From: Candidatus Obscuribacterales bacterium | Lineage (GTDB): Bacteria; Cyanobacteriota; Vampirovibrionia; Obscuribacterales; Obscuribacteraceae | DNA length: 64,000 nucleotides | Direction of reading: 5' to 3' | NCBI GenBank assembly: GCA_965228855.1 | Contig: CBDDIJ010000003.1 | Span: forward strand, 1,344,001 to 1,408,000 | In this document: positions 30,037 through 39,674 of the stretch, piece by piece | Layout of the letters: each line of letters opens with the position of its first letter | Position numbering within the stretch: the first letter of the stretch is position 1 | Notes under the pieces: generated by a model | What the model saw: only the letters and a program-made list of their open reading frames with translations | What the model was told of the DNA's origin: nothing | Database searches by the model: none | Translations under genes and position numbers: made by a program

Positions 30037-31870
30037 TTTTCCTCAGATTTTCCTGGTCTTGGCTGGTGCTGTCGTCGCTCGAATCGTCTGTAGTTGAACC
30101 TTTCTTGGATTCTAATCTGGAGAGCTTCAGGTTACGAAGCATTGACTCGATTGCTGTGCCATTTTTAATAGCGTCGATGGAATACCCTCTGGCGCGTAAT
30201 ACGTTTAAAACCGTTAGTGGGGTAGTATTCAGAATGCGAGCCAATCTGTTCAGTCGCGAATCGTCAAATGACTTAGTGCGCTTGGCCTCGCTAAAACCGT
30301 TCGATAGAGTCGGTTGCCCATCTATTGCATGCACGGGCAGCATCGAATCAAGACCGATGTGTTTCGCTCGATAGTCAATTATGCCGTCGGCATCGGCCAT
30401 GAATTGAACTTCAACTTTAGTTTCTCCCGCCGTGGTTGGTGGGCAATTGCTCACGGTCACGTCAGCGAGCGTCGCTTTCTCCGTGGAACCTTGCAGCACA
30501 TGCATGTTCACTGTCGCGGTCGGGGACTCGCATTTGTGGTATGCGGTGACAGGCAAAGGAGTCGCACGCGCGATCACTTGCTTGAGTTCACCGCTGGTCT
30601 CCTCGACCCAAACCGGCTCGGAAATGACATCCCAGACCACGTAGTCGCGAACGCTGTGGTTGAGAAGTGCCGCTTGAAGTGCGGCGCCGCAGACAGGGTA
30701 AGTGTTTGGGCTTGCTGGAAAAATTGTAGCGTTAGAGAATCTGTCATAGAATCTCCTGAAGAAAGGCGTCAGAGTGCGCGTGTCACCAAGCAGCAATATC
30801 TGATCGATTTGATTCGCCTGCGTTTTCGAGTCTTCGATGACTTGATCTACGACACTCAAAGTCCTGGCGATAATTGGTTCAATTAACTCGTGATACTCTG
30901 ACAACGAAATCGAAGCCATGAGATAGGCGTGCGTTTTCGAGCGTACGTTCGGACCAGTCGCCTGAACGTCCAGATTTGTCACACGCACATGAGCCAGACC
31001 GGCTGTATGCAGGTCATAGATCGCTTGTTCTGCTGCACGAATCAGTTTCCAAATCGTTGCTGGAGTGCGTTCCATCTTGTGACCAGAATCGGACTCGAAG
31101 GTTTCCACCATCCAATGAACCATTTCGGCTACAAATGCTTCGCCGGCGAGCGCATCATTACCAATAGTCGCTTTTACCTCCAATAGTCCGTGCTGAAATT
31201 CCATTACTGATGCCGCAAATGTGCCGGCTCCGAGATGGTAAACCAGAATTTTCATGTTGGAATCGCGGCGCAATTCTTGATAGCAGTGATAAAATGCCGC
31301 AGCTGTGGGTTCGTTTATCAATTGCAATATATTCACGCCTGCGGCTTCACCTGCCGCTCTGAGCAGTTTTCTTTGATTACTCGTAAAAGTGACCGGCACA
31401 GTGAGAACGGCTTTGCTGACTGGTCTCGCCAAACTCGCTGTGGCTATGTTGATCATTCTTTTGATCAATAATTCGGTAAACATTTCCGCGCTGTAGAAGC
31501 CGCATTCAGCCTCGACAAACCAGTCCGTTCCAATCAGTTTTCTGAAGTGCTGAATGACGTTTACTGTGTCTGATGTTGGATGCCGACCGACGACAAGATT
31601 TCCATTAGACAATCGACCCGCAATAGAAGGCACTTGATTGGACGAAAACGAATCGAATTTGTCACCTTCAAAGGTGGCAACACGCGAAAACTTCGACCCT
31701 ATATCTATTCCAACCAGAGCATGTCCGGCCTGACCTGTCGCGACAAGGTAGGGCGGAGGCATGCCAGAATCCGGTCCACCCCGTTGGAGAAGCGGCTCCG
31801 AGGGATATCTTGGATTTGCTAGGTAGTCTTCCGTTTCAAAGCAGATTAAGGACCGCTGCTTTTGTTTCAA
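30029..31870 (-). CDS. Divergent Hsp70/DnaK-family protein
   Basis: VGIDIGS, AVLTVP..F..NQR, LINEPTAAA, YHLGAGTF and a partial substrate-binding domain; overlaps the downstream kinase start. Confidence 0.85.
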   Translation of the reverse strand: MKQKQRSLICFETEDYLANPRYPSEPLLQRGGPDSGMPPPYLVATGQAGHALVGIDIGSKFSRVATFEGDKFDSFSSNQVPSIAGRLSNGNLVVGRHPTSDTVNVIQHFRKLIGTDWFVEAECGFYSAEMFTELLIKRMINIATASLARPVSKAVLTVPVTFTSNQRKLLRAAGEAAGVNILQLINEPTAAAFYHCYQELRRDSNMKILVYHLGAGTFAASVMEFQHGLLEVKATIGNDALAGEAFVAEMVHWMVETFESDSGHKMERTPATIWKLIRAAEQAIYDLHTAGLAHVRVTNLDVQATGPNVRSKTHAYLMASISLSEYHELIEPIIARTLSVVDQVIEDSKTQANQIDQILLLGDTRTLTPFFRRFYDRFSNATIFPASPNTYPVCGAALQAALLNHSVRDYVVWDVISEPVWVEETSGELKQVIARATPLPVTAYHKCESPTATVNMHVLQGSTEKATLADVTVSNCPPTTAGETKVEVQFMADADGIIDYRAKHIGLDSMLPVHAIDGQPTLSNGFSEAKRTKSFDDSRLNRLARILNTTPLTVLNVLRARGYSIDAIKNGTAIESMLRNLKLSRLESKKGSTTDDSSDDSTSQDQENLRKNA

Positions 31871-31944
31871 GCTTCCTCTCCACCATTGATTTGACCACTG
31901 GGCGTAGAACCAGTATGACAGAAGCGGAAACTTTCTGACGGAAA

Positions 31945-34185
31945 TTAATCAGCACGTGTCTCTGCTACGAAGTCGATCTGAGTGCCACCATCCGCCGAAT
32001 CTTTAACGACAAGGTTGGTGACACGGAAATTCCGAAGAGCGGGTGACTGTTTTTCAATCACATTAATTTCTCCCTCATGCTCAAGTGGAATGGTGATTTG
32101 CTTCAGGCGACCGACAATTACTTTCTTTTCTGCCACCTTAATTAATCCGCCAGCCACCTTGCTCCAATCCAAGTTTATGTCATCTGGAATTGGTAGTTTC
32201 ATGGAAACGTCGTATTTGAGCAGTTCTTCTTTCGAGTCGCTGTTCTTTTCAAAGCTGTAGTTTACCAAACCATCGCCTTTGAGATGACCGGAAATTCTCC
32301 ACGGGCAGGTTTCGAACTCATTCTTGTTGAAAATAATTCCTGCTTTTTCAACGGTGCCGTCTAATACGACGTCACCACTCGCGGTGAATGCTAGCTTACC
32401 CGGTCCTGCAGCGCGCATATCCTCAATCTTCAAATTGGTGACTTTGACGTCCTTGGCTACAGCGTTTCGGTATCGCCAGGTTTTGTCTTCCCTGATCGTT
32501 TTATTCAGCTTCATCTCGAATGTTGATGGAATGCGCTGGCGAATCGCATCTTTGAGCGGCTCGTCAGGAACTAGAATGCTGCACTGTTTAACCGACATGC
32601 GCATTTTTCCCTCGTGAACGGCCACGTCCAATCCTTTTGCGATTACGTTGGCCGGATAGCCGTTGAGCAATTTCAGGTCTTTCAACTTGAATACGAGGTC
32701 GCTGTTCAATTGAATGTCTTTGTCCACATCAATTAAAAGTTTGCCAGACAGGTCAGCCAGATCGATCTGCCCCTTTCTTGTTTTTAGATTGGCGTTTCCA
32801 AACTTCAGGTTCACTGGAAGCTTGACGTGAGCGGCATCTTTATCGCCAGTCTTGGCCAGCAGCATTTCGTCCGGTACTGTCATCGTGGAGTCTTCGCCGC
32901 AGTCGAGAACGAATCTGCTGTCGTTGGATTTCAGGTCAATTTGCCGCACATTAGCTACTCCACCTTCCAGCTGGAAGTTCATGGCGCCCTCTTTTGAGTA
33001 ATCGCTTGGTCCGACCGTGACGTTCGCCAAACTCAAAATTAATTTCGTTTTGTTTTTGGCAATGATAATCTGACCGGTTTCCGCATGAGCAGCGCCGGTT
33101 GTTTTGAAAACAGTCTCCCGTCCCTCTTTCTTGATGTTTACCGCCAGATAACCCGGTACCTTGTCAGGGAAATGTCCGAGAGTCTGATGAATATCGGTTT
33201 TTAAATTGAGATCGGTGCCAACGAAATTCAAATCGGAAACCAGATGCAGCGTCGGATGTTCTTCTTCCTTGATATGCTGCCATGTGAATTCTTTGACGTC
33301 ACCGATGACGGTGGCACTGGACGTGCTGGATCGTTTGTCCTTGCCGAAACGCACAATGCAATTGCGGAGCAGAACTGGCTTATTCTCAGCGTTCTTTCCC
33401 TCCGGTAGATTCAAAACAAGTTTGTCATTAGTCTTCTTTGCAGAAAAAACAGAATGCAGTTTTCCTCCATCAAATTCACAGTCGACCTTTTCGCCGATCC
33501 ATTTGCATCCATTTGCGAAATTAAGCATCAAATGCACGTTTCCAACATAATTCAGCTCATCATCCACTTCGGCATTGGTCAGTCGAACATGTGAATCAGG
33601 ACCGATGTGGATTGATTTTTTTCCTAGTTTCATAGTCGACGATGGTCTCAAGTCGAGTTGCACCTCGTCAATTTTCATAGTTTCAATCATGTCTTTCATG
33701 TCGCCGCTCATGGCGCCGACCTGAATAAGGTTTAGAAAGAAGGCACCGACGCTGCGCGCCAAATCGACATGGACACTCACGGTTCCTTGCTTGAGCTCGA
33801 TGGTTTTCGGCACCGGAACCGCATTGAAGCTCAGCTGATTTGAGGTCCACAGTTCGCCGCTCGCATTTGCCGTCGATAGAACGGCAGGATTTTCGATCGG
33901 CAAAGAGAGCGAAATATTGAACTGCGTGTTTGGCGGTATGCTGACAAGCGAGTTTTTGATGAAGAATGTGCCTGGTTTGAATTCACCCGATGCCACAATC
34001 TCGAGATTGGACGTGACGTTTGTAAAACGCCGTATATCTGGATCTTGAATCTTTACCTCGAAGCCGGCTTTGATCTCAGGTTCTTTTCGAGTGTTGGCGC
34101 AGCCGCCGACGAATACGAATGAGAACATGAGCAAGATGCAAAGGCAGCGCGAGAGATTTTGCTTTGTCTTCGTGATTCTGTTCAT
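31945..34185 (-). CDS. Hypothetical beta-rich lipoprotein
   Basis: Lipobox-like VGGC after a hydrophobic leader; 746 aa, beta-strand-rich. Confidence 0.7.
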   Translation of the reverse strand: MNRITKTKQNLSRCLCILLMFSFVFVGGCANTRKEPEIKAGFEVKIQDPDIRRFTNVTSNLEIVASGEFKPGTFFIKNSLVSIPPNTQFNISLSLPIENPAVLSTANASGELWTSNQLSFNAVPVPKTIELKQGTVSVHVDLARSVGAFFLNLIQVGAMSGDMKDMIETMKIDEVQLDLRPSSTMKLGKKSIHIGPDSHVRLTNAEVDDELNYVGNVHLMLNFANGCKWIGEKVDCEFDGGKLHSVFSAKKTNDKLVLNLPEGKNAENKPVLLRNCIVRFGKDKRSSTSSATVIGDVKEFTWQHIKEEEHPTLHLVSDLNFVGTDLNLKTDIHQTLGHFPDKVPGYLAVNIKKEGRETVFKTTGAAHAETGQIIIAKNKTKLILSLANVTVGPSDYSKEGAMNFQLEGGVANVRQIDLKSNDSRFVLDCGEDSTMTVPDEMLLAKTGDKDAAHVKLPVNLKFGNANLKTRKGQIDLADLSGKLLIDVDKDIQLNSDLVFKLKDLKLLNGYPANVIAKGLDVAVHEGKMRMSVKQCSILVPDEPLKDAIRQRIPSTFEMKLNKTIREDKTWRYRNAVAKDVKVTNLKIEDMRAAGPGKLAFTASGDVVLDGTVEKAGIIFNKNEFETCPWRISGHLKGDGLVNYSFEKNSDSKEELLKYDVSMKLPIPDDINLDWSKVAGGLIKVAEKKVIVGRLKQITIPLEHEGEINVIEKQSPALRNFRVTNLVVKDSADGGTQIDFVAETRAD

Positions 34186-34326
34186 ACAAACTATGTTTGC
34201 CGCAGTCCTATATATAGCTTATTCACGGTCCCGTATGCCGAACCGACTGTCCGGCATCTGCGCTTTGTTACATCAGGGGTGACGGATGGGAATTGCTGTT
34301 GAAAACTGTTTCGGAAAGCAGTGCAG

Positions 34327-34419
34327 CCAGAAAGTCTTTTACTGAATATCTGTAATTGTGCAGGAGACACCCTCTCCTGTGGATAGGAGAAGAAAGGACC
34401 TGTTCAGTAAACTCGCTTC
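34327..34419 (+). ncRNA. Candidate structured non-coding RNA (Y-RNA-like), copy 2
   Basis: The 5' end GAAAGTCTTTTACTGAATA (34330-34348) can pair with TGTTCAGTAAACT-CGC-TTC (34401-34419). Internal hairpin GCAGGAGA-CACCC-TCTCCTGT. Lies upstream of the TROVE-like gene. Confidence 0.55.
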
Positions 34420-34453
34420 ACTCTGCCTAATCGTATTGCTAAATTAGTAGCAA

Positions 34454-34533
34454 CTGTACTCCGACAGCGGGAACTTACAAACAGTAGGTATGTTCAAGCA
34501 GTTCTTGCGACTCGTACAGCACATTTTTTTTTT
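34454..34533 (+). ncRNA. Second stem-loop element upstream of the TROVE-like gene, followed by a T10 tract
   Basis: CTGTAC(34454)/GTACAG(34514) and GCGGGAACT/AGTTCTTGC stems flank a TCCGACA/GACTC internal loop; poly-T at 34524-34533. Confidence 0.4.
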
Positions 34534-34647
34534 GTGCTCGGCGCTGACCTCGCTCAGTGCATTACGAGACCGGGCAGGCTCCAGGCACGCTCGGTTTTTG
34601 GTTTCAAACAGCTGAAAACCTGGCTTAAAATACTGAGGAGGTGCGCA

Positions 34648-36225
34648 ATGTCACCTAGAAAGAGAACTCAACAACGGGCAAACCCGAACGCTCCCGGTGC
34701 AAGCGAACTCGCGAATTTCGAGCGCTTGATTGAGCGTGCGCGTCTCGGCATGCCTGAACAGGACTATCGCCTAAACATATTGAATGTAATGCTGCGTACG
34801 CCGCATCGTAATGTGGCACCATATATGCCACTATTTGCTGATGTACACGAACGCGATCCATTGTTCTTTGTGCGACTGGCCGCATGGTACAACGAGGTCG
34901 GTGCTGTGCATGACTTGAAGCAGTTGTTCATTGCGTTCCTGGCGACCTCCAAGTTCTCTGACGAATTCCGGGAAACGGGTCTGGCGCTTCTGGAAAAGTT
35001 GCCTCCCTATCAGGTAGAACGGGTCACTCGCATGATCAAGGGCTATCTGGATGGCAAGACATTTGTCCCGGGTATTGGCTCTGTGCCACGCTCTTACAAA
35101 ACTGCCGTCGAAAATTATTTGAAGCAACGGGAGGCTGACCCCAAGGTCTTCGATGCTGCTGTGCTGCATGCCCGCAAACCACTGAAGACGCTCTACGCTT
35201 CATTACGAATCAAGCCAGGTCCGTACGCTCAGCGTGTATTGTTTGAAAACGATCCGCCTGAAGGTAGTCGACTTGCTGTCCTCAAGCAACTGGCAAAGGT
35301 AGGGGACCCTGCCGAACAAGCGCGCTTGATTGTGGAGAACAAGCTGCCATATAGAACTGCGGTTTCAACGATCAAGGCGATGACTCCATCTGTTCTTGTT
35401 GCTTTGATCAATGCAATGACCCCGCAAGAGGTCATCAATAACCTTGCCAGCTTGAAAGCGCGTGGTGCAATGGATAACGAAGATCTTCGCAAGATGATCG
35501 AACGTAAGCTTGAAGCAGCGAAAACCGACTCTCGAGTTTCAGCACTGAAGACTAGAGAGGCAATCAAAGTCGCGAATCTCGATGACGCGATGGCGCAGAA
35601 GGTTCAAACGGTTGGCGATGTGCAGATCAAGGCAAAGGGTAAGATATCTCGTGCTACCGCTTTGATCGTCGACAAGAGTTCATCTATGGATGAGGCAATC
35701 AATCTTGGAAAAATGATTGCCAGCATTCTTGCACCAATTTGCGAAAAGGATCTGTTCGTCTATGCCTTCGACACAATGGCTTATCCCATTGTTTCCAAAG
35801 GTAAGGAACTGTCCGACTGGGAAAAGGCGTTTAAAGGTATCATTTCCAGCGGTGCCACTTCCAATGGTGTCGCAATTGACGCCATGATTCGCAAGAATGA
35901 ATTCGTTGAGCAGATCGTTATGGTCACTGACCAGGAAGAGAACACACCGCCTTTGATGCTGCAAGCGTTGCGTGCCTACGAAAAGAAGTTCGAGGTCATG
36001 CCTGATGTGCTCTTCGTTAACGTCGGTCGAGCATATAGACCTACTCTTTTCGACCAGCTTACACGCGAGGGTATCATGGCTGAAAATTACGTTTTCACCG
36101 GCGACTACTATAGTCTGCCTGGATTGATTCCCCTCATCTCTGGTGGTACACGCTTGGACCTGCTGACCGAAATCATGAACTTCCCACTGCCTGAGAGAAA
36201 AACTCCGGCATTGAGTAAGAACTGA
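34648..36225 (+). CDS. TROVE/Ro60-like helical domain + C-terminal vWA domain protein
   Basis: RBS GAGGAGG at 34635-41 and ATG 34648. N-terminal helical region with DPLFFVRLAAWY and ALINAMTPQEVINNLASL (TROVE-like). vWA with MIDAS DKSSSM, GATS and MVTDQEEN. Confidence 0.78.
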   Translation: MSPRKRTQQRANPNAPGASELANFERLIERARLGMPEQDYRLNILNVMLRTPHRNVAPYMPLFADVHERDPLFFVRLAAWYNEVGAVHDLKQLFIAFLATSKFSDEFRETGLALLEKLPPYQVERVTRMIKGYLDGKTFVPGIGSVPRSYKTAVENYLKQREADPKVFDAAVLHARKPLKTLYASLRIKPGPYAQRVLFENDPPEGSRLAVLKQLAKVGDPAEQARLIVENKLPYRTAVSTIKAMTPSVLVALINAMTPQEVINNLASLKARGAMDNEDLRKMIERKLEAAKTDSRVSALKTREAIKVANLDDAMAQKVQTVGDVQIKAKGKISRATALIVDKSSSMDEAINLGKMIASILAPICEKDLFVYAFDTMAYPIVSKGKELSDWEKAFKGIISSGATSNGVAIDAMIRKNEFVEQIVMVTDQEENTPPLMLQALRAYEKKFEVMPDVLFVNVGRAYRPTLFDQLTREGIMAENYVFTGDYYSLPGLIPLISGGTRLDLLTEIMNFPLPERKTPALSKN

Positions 36226-37409
36226 TGCCAGACAATAGAGGCATGTCAGAATGTGGAGTGCTTGTCGAACTCGATATAGACGGCGCTTCGTCTGGCGCGC
36301 TACAGGATAGGACCTTCGTCGTCAAAGATTTGTTTGATGTCGAAGGTCTTGTCACAGGTGGCGGTAATCCTGATTGGAAGCGAGCGCAAACGGCCGCGAC
36401 TGCGCACGCAGCTGCCGTTAAGAGTTTGCTTGACGCTGGAGCTCGCTTAAATGGGAAGACATGCACCGACGAACTGGCGCTCAGTCTGGACGGAATAAAC
36501 CCTTATTATGGAACTCCAATCAATACTCAGCTGCCTGAGAGGATACCGGGAGGTTCTTCCAGTGGATCGGCAAGCGCTGTTGCCGCAGGTTATGCAGACT
36601 TTGGCCTGGGAACTGACACGGTCGGTTCGATTCGTGTTCCCTCTAGTTATTGTGGTCTATTTGGCTTTCGCCCCACCCACGGTATCATAGATTTGACGGG
36701 ATGCATGCCGCTTGGGCAGTCATTCGATACCGCTGGCTGGCTCACCCGCGATGCGGATTTACTCTACTTGGTCGGCAAAGTTTTACTTCCTGAAAAAGCG
36801 TCCGAGCCGATTGAGCGGATTGTTCGCTTGTTCAAATTATTCGAAAGCCTTTCGCCGGAGATAAGAGAGCCGTTTCGAACTGCCTGCCATGCAATTGCTG
36901 AGCAATCGTTCCAGATTAACAGAGGTGTTATCGAGGATGAAGTTATCGAAACGTGTGTTTCAGATTTCGCCATCGTACGCAGTCGAGAAGCATGGGCAAA
37001 TTATGGAAATTGGATTGTCTCCCAGGCGCCTAGAATCTCCGCTTCGGTAGAACAGCGTCTGCTTGATGGCAGGAATATCACGCTGGAAGATGAGCTTAAG
37101 GCACGCGAAACTCTGCGCAGGCAAACCCTATTTCTCGAGGATTACCTGACCACGGCAGGAGCGCTGTTGCTCCCGACGACCAGCGGTTTTCCTCCATTGA
37201 AGACCGCGTCGAATAATGAGCTCGATGAGAACAGAAGGCGAAATATTCGCCTTACGGTTTTAGCTACGGTCGCCGGACTTCCTCAAGTTTCGATTCCTGT
37301 CGAGGTCGCTCCAGGAATTAACCTGGGGATCTCAATCATCGGACCGCGTGGACGAGATCTCGATTTGCTGAAGTTTGCAAAAGCGGTATCGCTCGCGCAT
37401 TCGCATTGA
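36225..37409 (+). CDS. Amidase signature family protein
   Basis: VKDLFD, PGGSSSGSA, LGTDTVGSIRVP (Ser-cisSer-Lys triad); TGATG overlap with the upstream gene. Confidence 0.93.
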   Translation: MPDNRGMSECGVLVELDIDGASSGALQDRTFVVKDLFDVEGLVTGGGNPDWKRAQTAATAHAAAVKSLLDAGARLNGKTCTDELALSLDGINPYYGTPINTQLPERIPGGSSSGSASAVAAGYADFGLGTDTVGSIRVPSSYCGLFGFRPTHGIIDLTGCMPLGQSFDTAGWLTRDADLLYLVGKVLLPEKASEPIERIVRLFKLFESLSPEIREPFRTACHAIAEQSFQINRGVIEDEVIETCVSDFAIVRSREAWANYGNWIVSQAPRISASVEQRLLDGRNITLEDELKARETLRRQTLFLEDYLTTAGALLLPTTSGFPPLKTASNNELDENRRRNIRLTVLATVAGLPQVSIPVEVAPGINLGISIIGPRGRDLDLLKFAKAVSLAHSH

Positions 37410-37446
37410 TGCGGTTTTGGCAAGGCGAACTTTTTGAACGTTCTTT

Positions 37447-38019
37447 CTAGTATGCCCGTTTTAAAATTCTAGCCAGCTCGTCTGAAAAGGCGTTAGGCGG
37501 ATAGAAACCGGTCAAGCGACCCCGTTCCTTTCCGGTCGTCGCGTCGACAATTAGGGTTGTTGGATACACTTGAATGCCGTATTGGCTTTTGACGTTGGTG
37601 CCTGGTCCTCGCTCACCATCGGTCTTCATGCAGATGAACGTTCTATTGATGTAATTAATGATGGCTGGGTTGGAGTAGCACTGCTGTTCTAGTTTTAAAC
37701 ATTCGGAGCATCCTTGTGTCGTCATGTTTATGAGAACCGGCTTGTGCTGCATCTTGCCGTATTGCAGAGTGGTTTTATAGTCATTTTGCCAGGGAATTGT
37801 CGTCGGCCAGGCAACCTTCTTCGTAGCTGCCGGAGCCTTGGCGACGAGTGTTCCGTCTTTTGCTTCAGCGTTCACTGCTTCTGGTGTAGCTATCAGGCTG
37901 GTTAACAAAACGCAGACTGCTGCAATTAATTGAATTGATTGAGTTGCTGATTTGATTACTGATTTCATTAAGGAGAACCCGAACGAAGGACTGACCTCAT
38001 TATGCCCAGGATTGGACAT
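37447..38019 (-). CDS. Exported thioredoxin-fold protein
   Basis: Signal peptide, KPVLI...GCSEC CxxC and cis-Pro YPT. Confidence 0.85.
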   Translation of the reverse strand: MSNPGHNEVSPSFGFSLMKSVIKSATQSIQLIAAVCVLLTSLIATPEAVNAEAKDGTLVAKAPAATKKVAWPTTIPWQNDYKTTLQYGKMQHKPVLINMTTQGCSECLKLEQQCYSNPAIINYINRTFICMKTDGERGPGTNVKSQYGIQVYPTTLIVDATTGKERGRLTGFYPPNAFSDELARILKRAY

Positions 38020-38024
38020 AAAAT

Positions 38025-38594
38025 TTAGGTGTCTGGGTTTTCGCCGGCGACGCTGCTGTTTGAGATAAGGTCGTGCAAGCAGCTATTTCTATTAGTTCCA
38101 AACAGAGGCAGGGAGAGAGTAAGTGCAGAGATGAGTTTCGCTGCGTGTCGAATCGATGCCGAAACAAAATCGATAGATCTGCCATTCGGACCGACGACTG
38201 CCAGTTCCATGAAGACTTTTCCGGGCGTCCCTCTTGTCGGAGATGATTCGAACATCGAGAAATAGAGCCAGTTTGCTGAGATTATCGTGACAAAAAAGAT
38301 ATTTGCAAGGGTTGCAGTTTGCATGGGAAAAGCGTCGGCAAAGTTTAGATATATCAAGGCTGCCGGCGCAGCGAACACACATAGTCCGTCCAGAATAAAC
38401 AGTGGGAAAGTGCAAAAAATTTGAAACCAGTGCACCGGGGTAGCATCGAGGAGTCCGCTCGCCATGCCGATCACCCAGAAAGCGTACATCAAAATGCTAT
38501 CGATGATCGCAATCAACAACGCGTCGATCAATTTTGCAATCAACCTGGGAACTATTGCCGAATGTGGCTTGCTGTGCGTGGAAACCGTCATCAA
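38025..38594 (-). CDS. RDD family membrane protein
   Basis: RLIAKLID, FESSPTRGTPGK and LHD motifs. Confidence 0.88.
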   Translation of the reverse strand: MMTVSTHSKPHSAIVPRLIAKLIDALLIAIIDSILMYAFWVIGMASGLLDATPVHWFQIFCTFPLFILDGLCVFAAPAALIYLNFADAFPMQTATLANIFFVTIISANWLYFSMFESSPTRGTPGKVFMELAVVGPNGRSIDFVSASIRHAAKLISALTLSLPLFGTNRNSCLHDLISNSSVAGENPDT

Positions 38595-38731
38595 TATCTA
38601 AATAACCAGGTATTTTCTTGCGGCGATCACGAATCAGATCGGGGGTTGGGTACTAATTGTTCACATCATCGAAGGTAGATTCAATATGCCCCAAATACCT
38701 CACACCCCGCCGATTTTTCCAGGAGTTTACC

Positions 38732-39619
38732 ATGTCCTTTGATAGTGCCGCATCAACTGGTGGCGAATGCATTGCAACCCGTCAGGCTTTTACCAATTTT
38801 AATTCTTGTGACTCCAGTACTGTTTTTACAGACAATAAAAGTGATACCGCATCTGCCACTGCTCTGAATAAACTTCCGGTAGTCGAACTTGACGGTTCTG
38901 CGGAGCCGCACCGGACCGCGGAGCAATTTGCACTCGCGAAGGGAAACTCCGGACCCGGTGTTCTGCCGGATTTTCGCGATTTCCCACCGCCAATGCCATC
39001 GGTTGTGAGACCAGACTCGGCAGTCATTCCCAAAGACGCGGCAATTCGTCCAGGAGCGATAGCACCTGCGCCGATGGTGGGCTCATTCACGGCCGAGCAG
39101 GTCAGACTAGTTTTAGCCGATCGAGATCGGGCCCTTGCGCTTCATAGAGGGCAGCAACCACGCGACCTCCCTGTGCCCGGAGTCAGTCCGATTGCGCCAG
39201 CGCCGGACCGGCTGTTTCCGGGATTGCCAAAACCTGATGGACAGCATGACCCAACAGATAGGCGACCGAGCAAAGTGGAGTTTATCGACAACTTCGACGC
39301 CGCCAGGCAAGCTGCGCTCGATAGCGGCAGACCACTCATCATCAGCTTTTCCAAGCCGGGCTGCGGTGCTTGCACACAACTCGACAGTCAAGCGTGGCCA
39401 AATCAAACTGCCCTCGTAAATGACAATGCAATCAGAGTGAAGCTGAATGGATCCAGAAATCAGGAGCTCGCTCAAAGATATGGCGTGAGCGCCTATCCGA
39501 CAACTGTTATCGTAAATCCGAGGAATATGGATGTCCTTCAGAAGGCCCGCGGGGCAATCAGTTCTGCGGAGCTATCCGGCATGTTGCAGGATGCATTCCG
39601 GAAGTATCGCGGTGGATAA
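38732..39619 (+). CDS. Protein with a Pro-rich N-terminus and a C-terminal thioredoxin domain
   Basis: RBS AGGAG before ATG 38732; RPLIISFSKPGCGAC and YGVSAYPT. Confidence 0.8.
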   Translation: MSFDSAASTGGECIATRQAFTNFNSCDSSTVFTDNKSDTASATALNKLPVVELDGSAEPHRTAEQFALAKGNSGPGVLPDFRDFPPPMPSVVRPDSAVIPKDAAIRPGAIAPAPMVGSFTAEQVRLVLADRDRALALHRGQQPRDLPVPGVSPIAPAPDRLFPGLPKPDGQHDPTDRRPSKVEFIDNFDAARQAALDSGRPLIISFSKPGCGACTQLDSQAWPNQTALVNDNAIRVKLNGSRNQELAQRYGVSAYPTTVIVNPRNMDVLQKARGAISSAELSGMLQDAFRKYRGG

Positions 39620-39674
39620 TTCATCTGCAAGTCTGGCTGCCGATACTGCGTTTAGGGCCGGTCAAGCCGTGAGG

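Noticed and set aside
34454..34521. tRNA gene (GTTCAAG T-loop-like sequence)
   Set aside because: No cloverleaf, D-arm or T-stem could be formed; retained only as a stem-loop candidate.
34534..34647. N-terminal extension of the vWA gene given in the ORF track
   Set aside because: A strong RBS (GAGGAGG) precedes ATG 34648, so the upstream part is probably untranslated leader.
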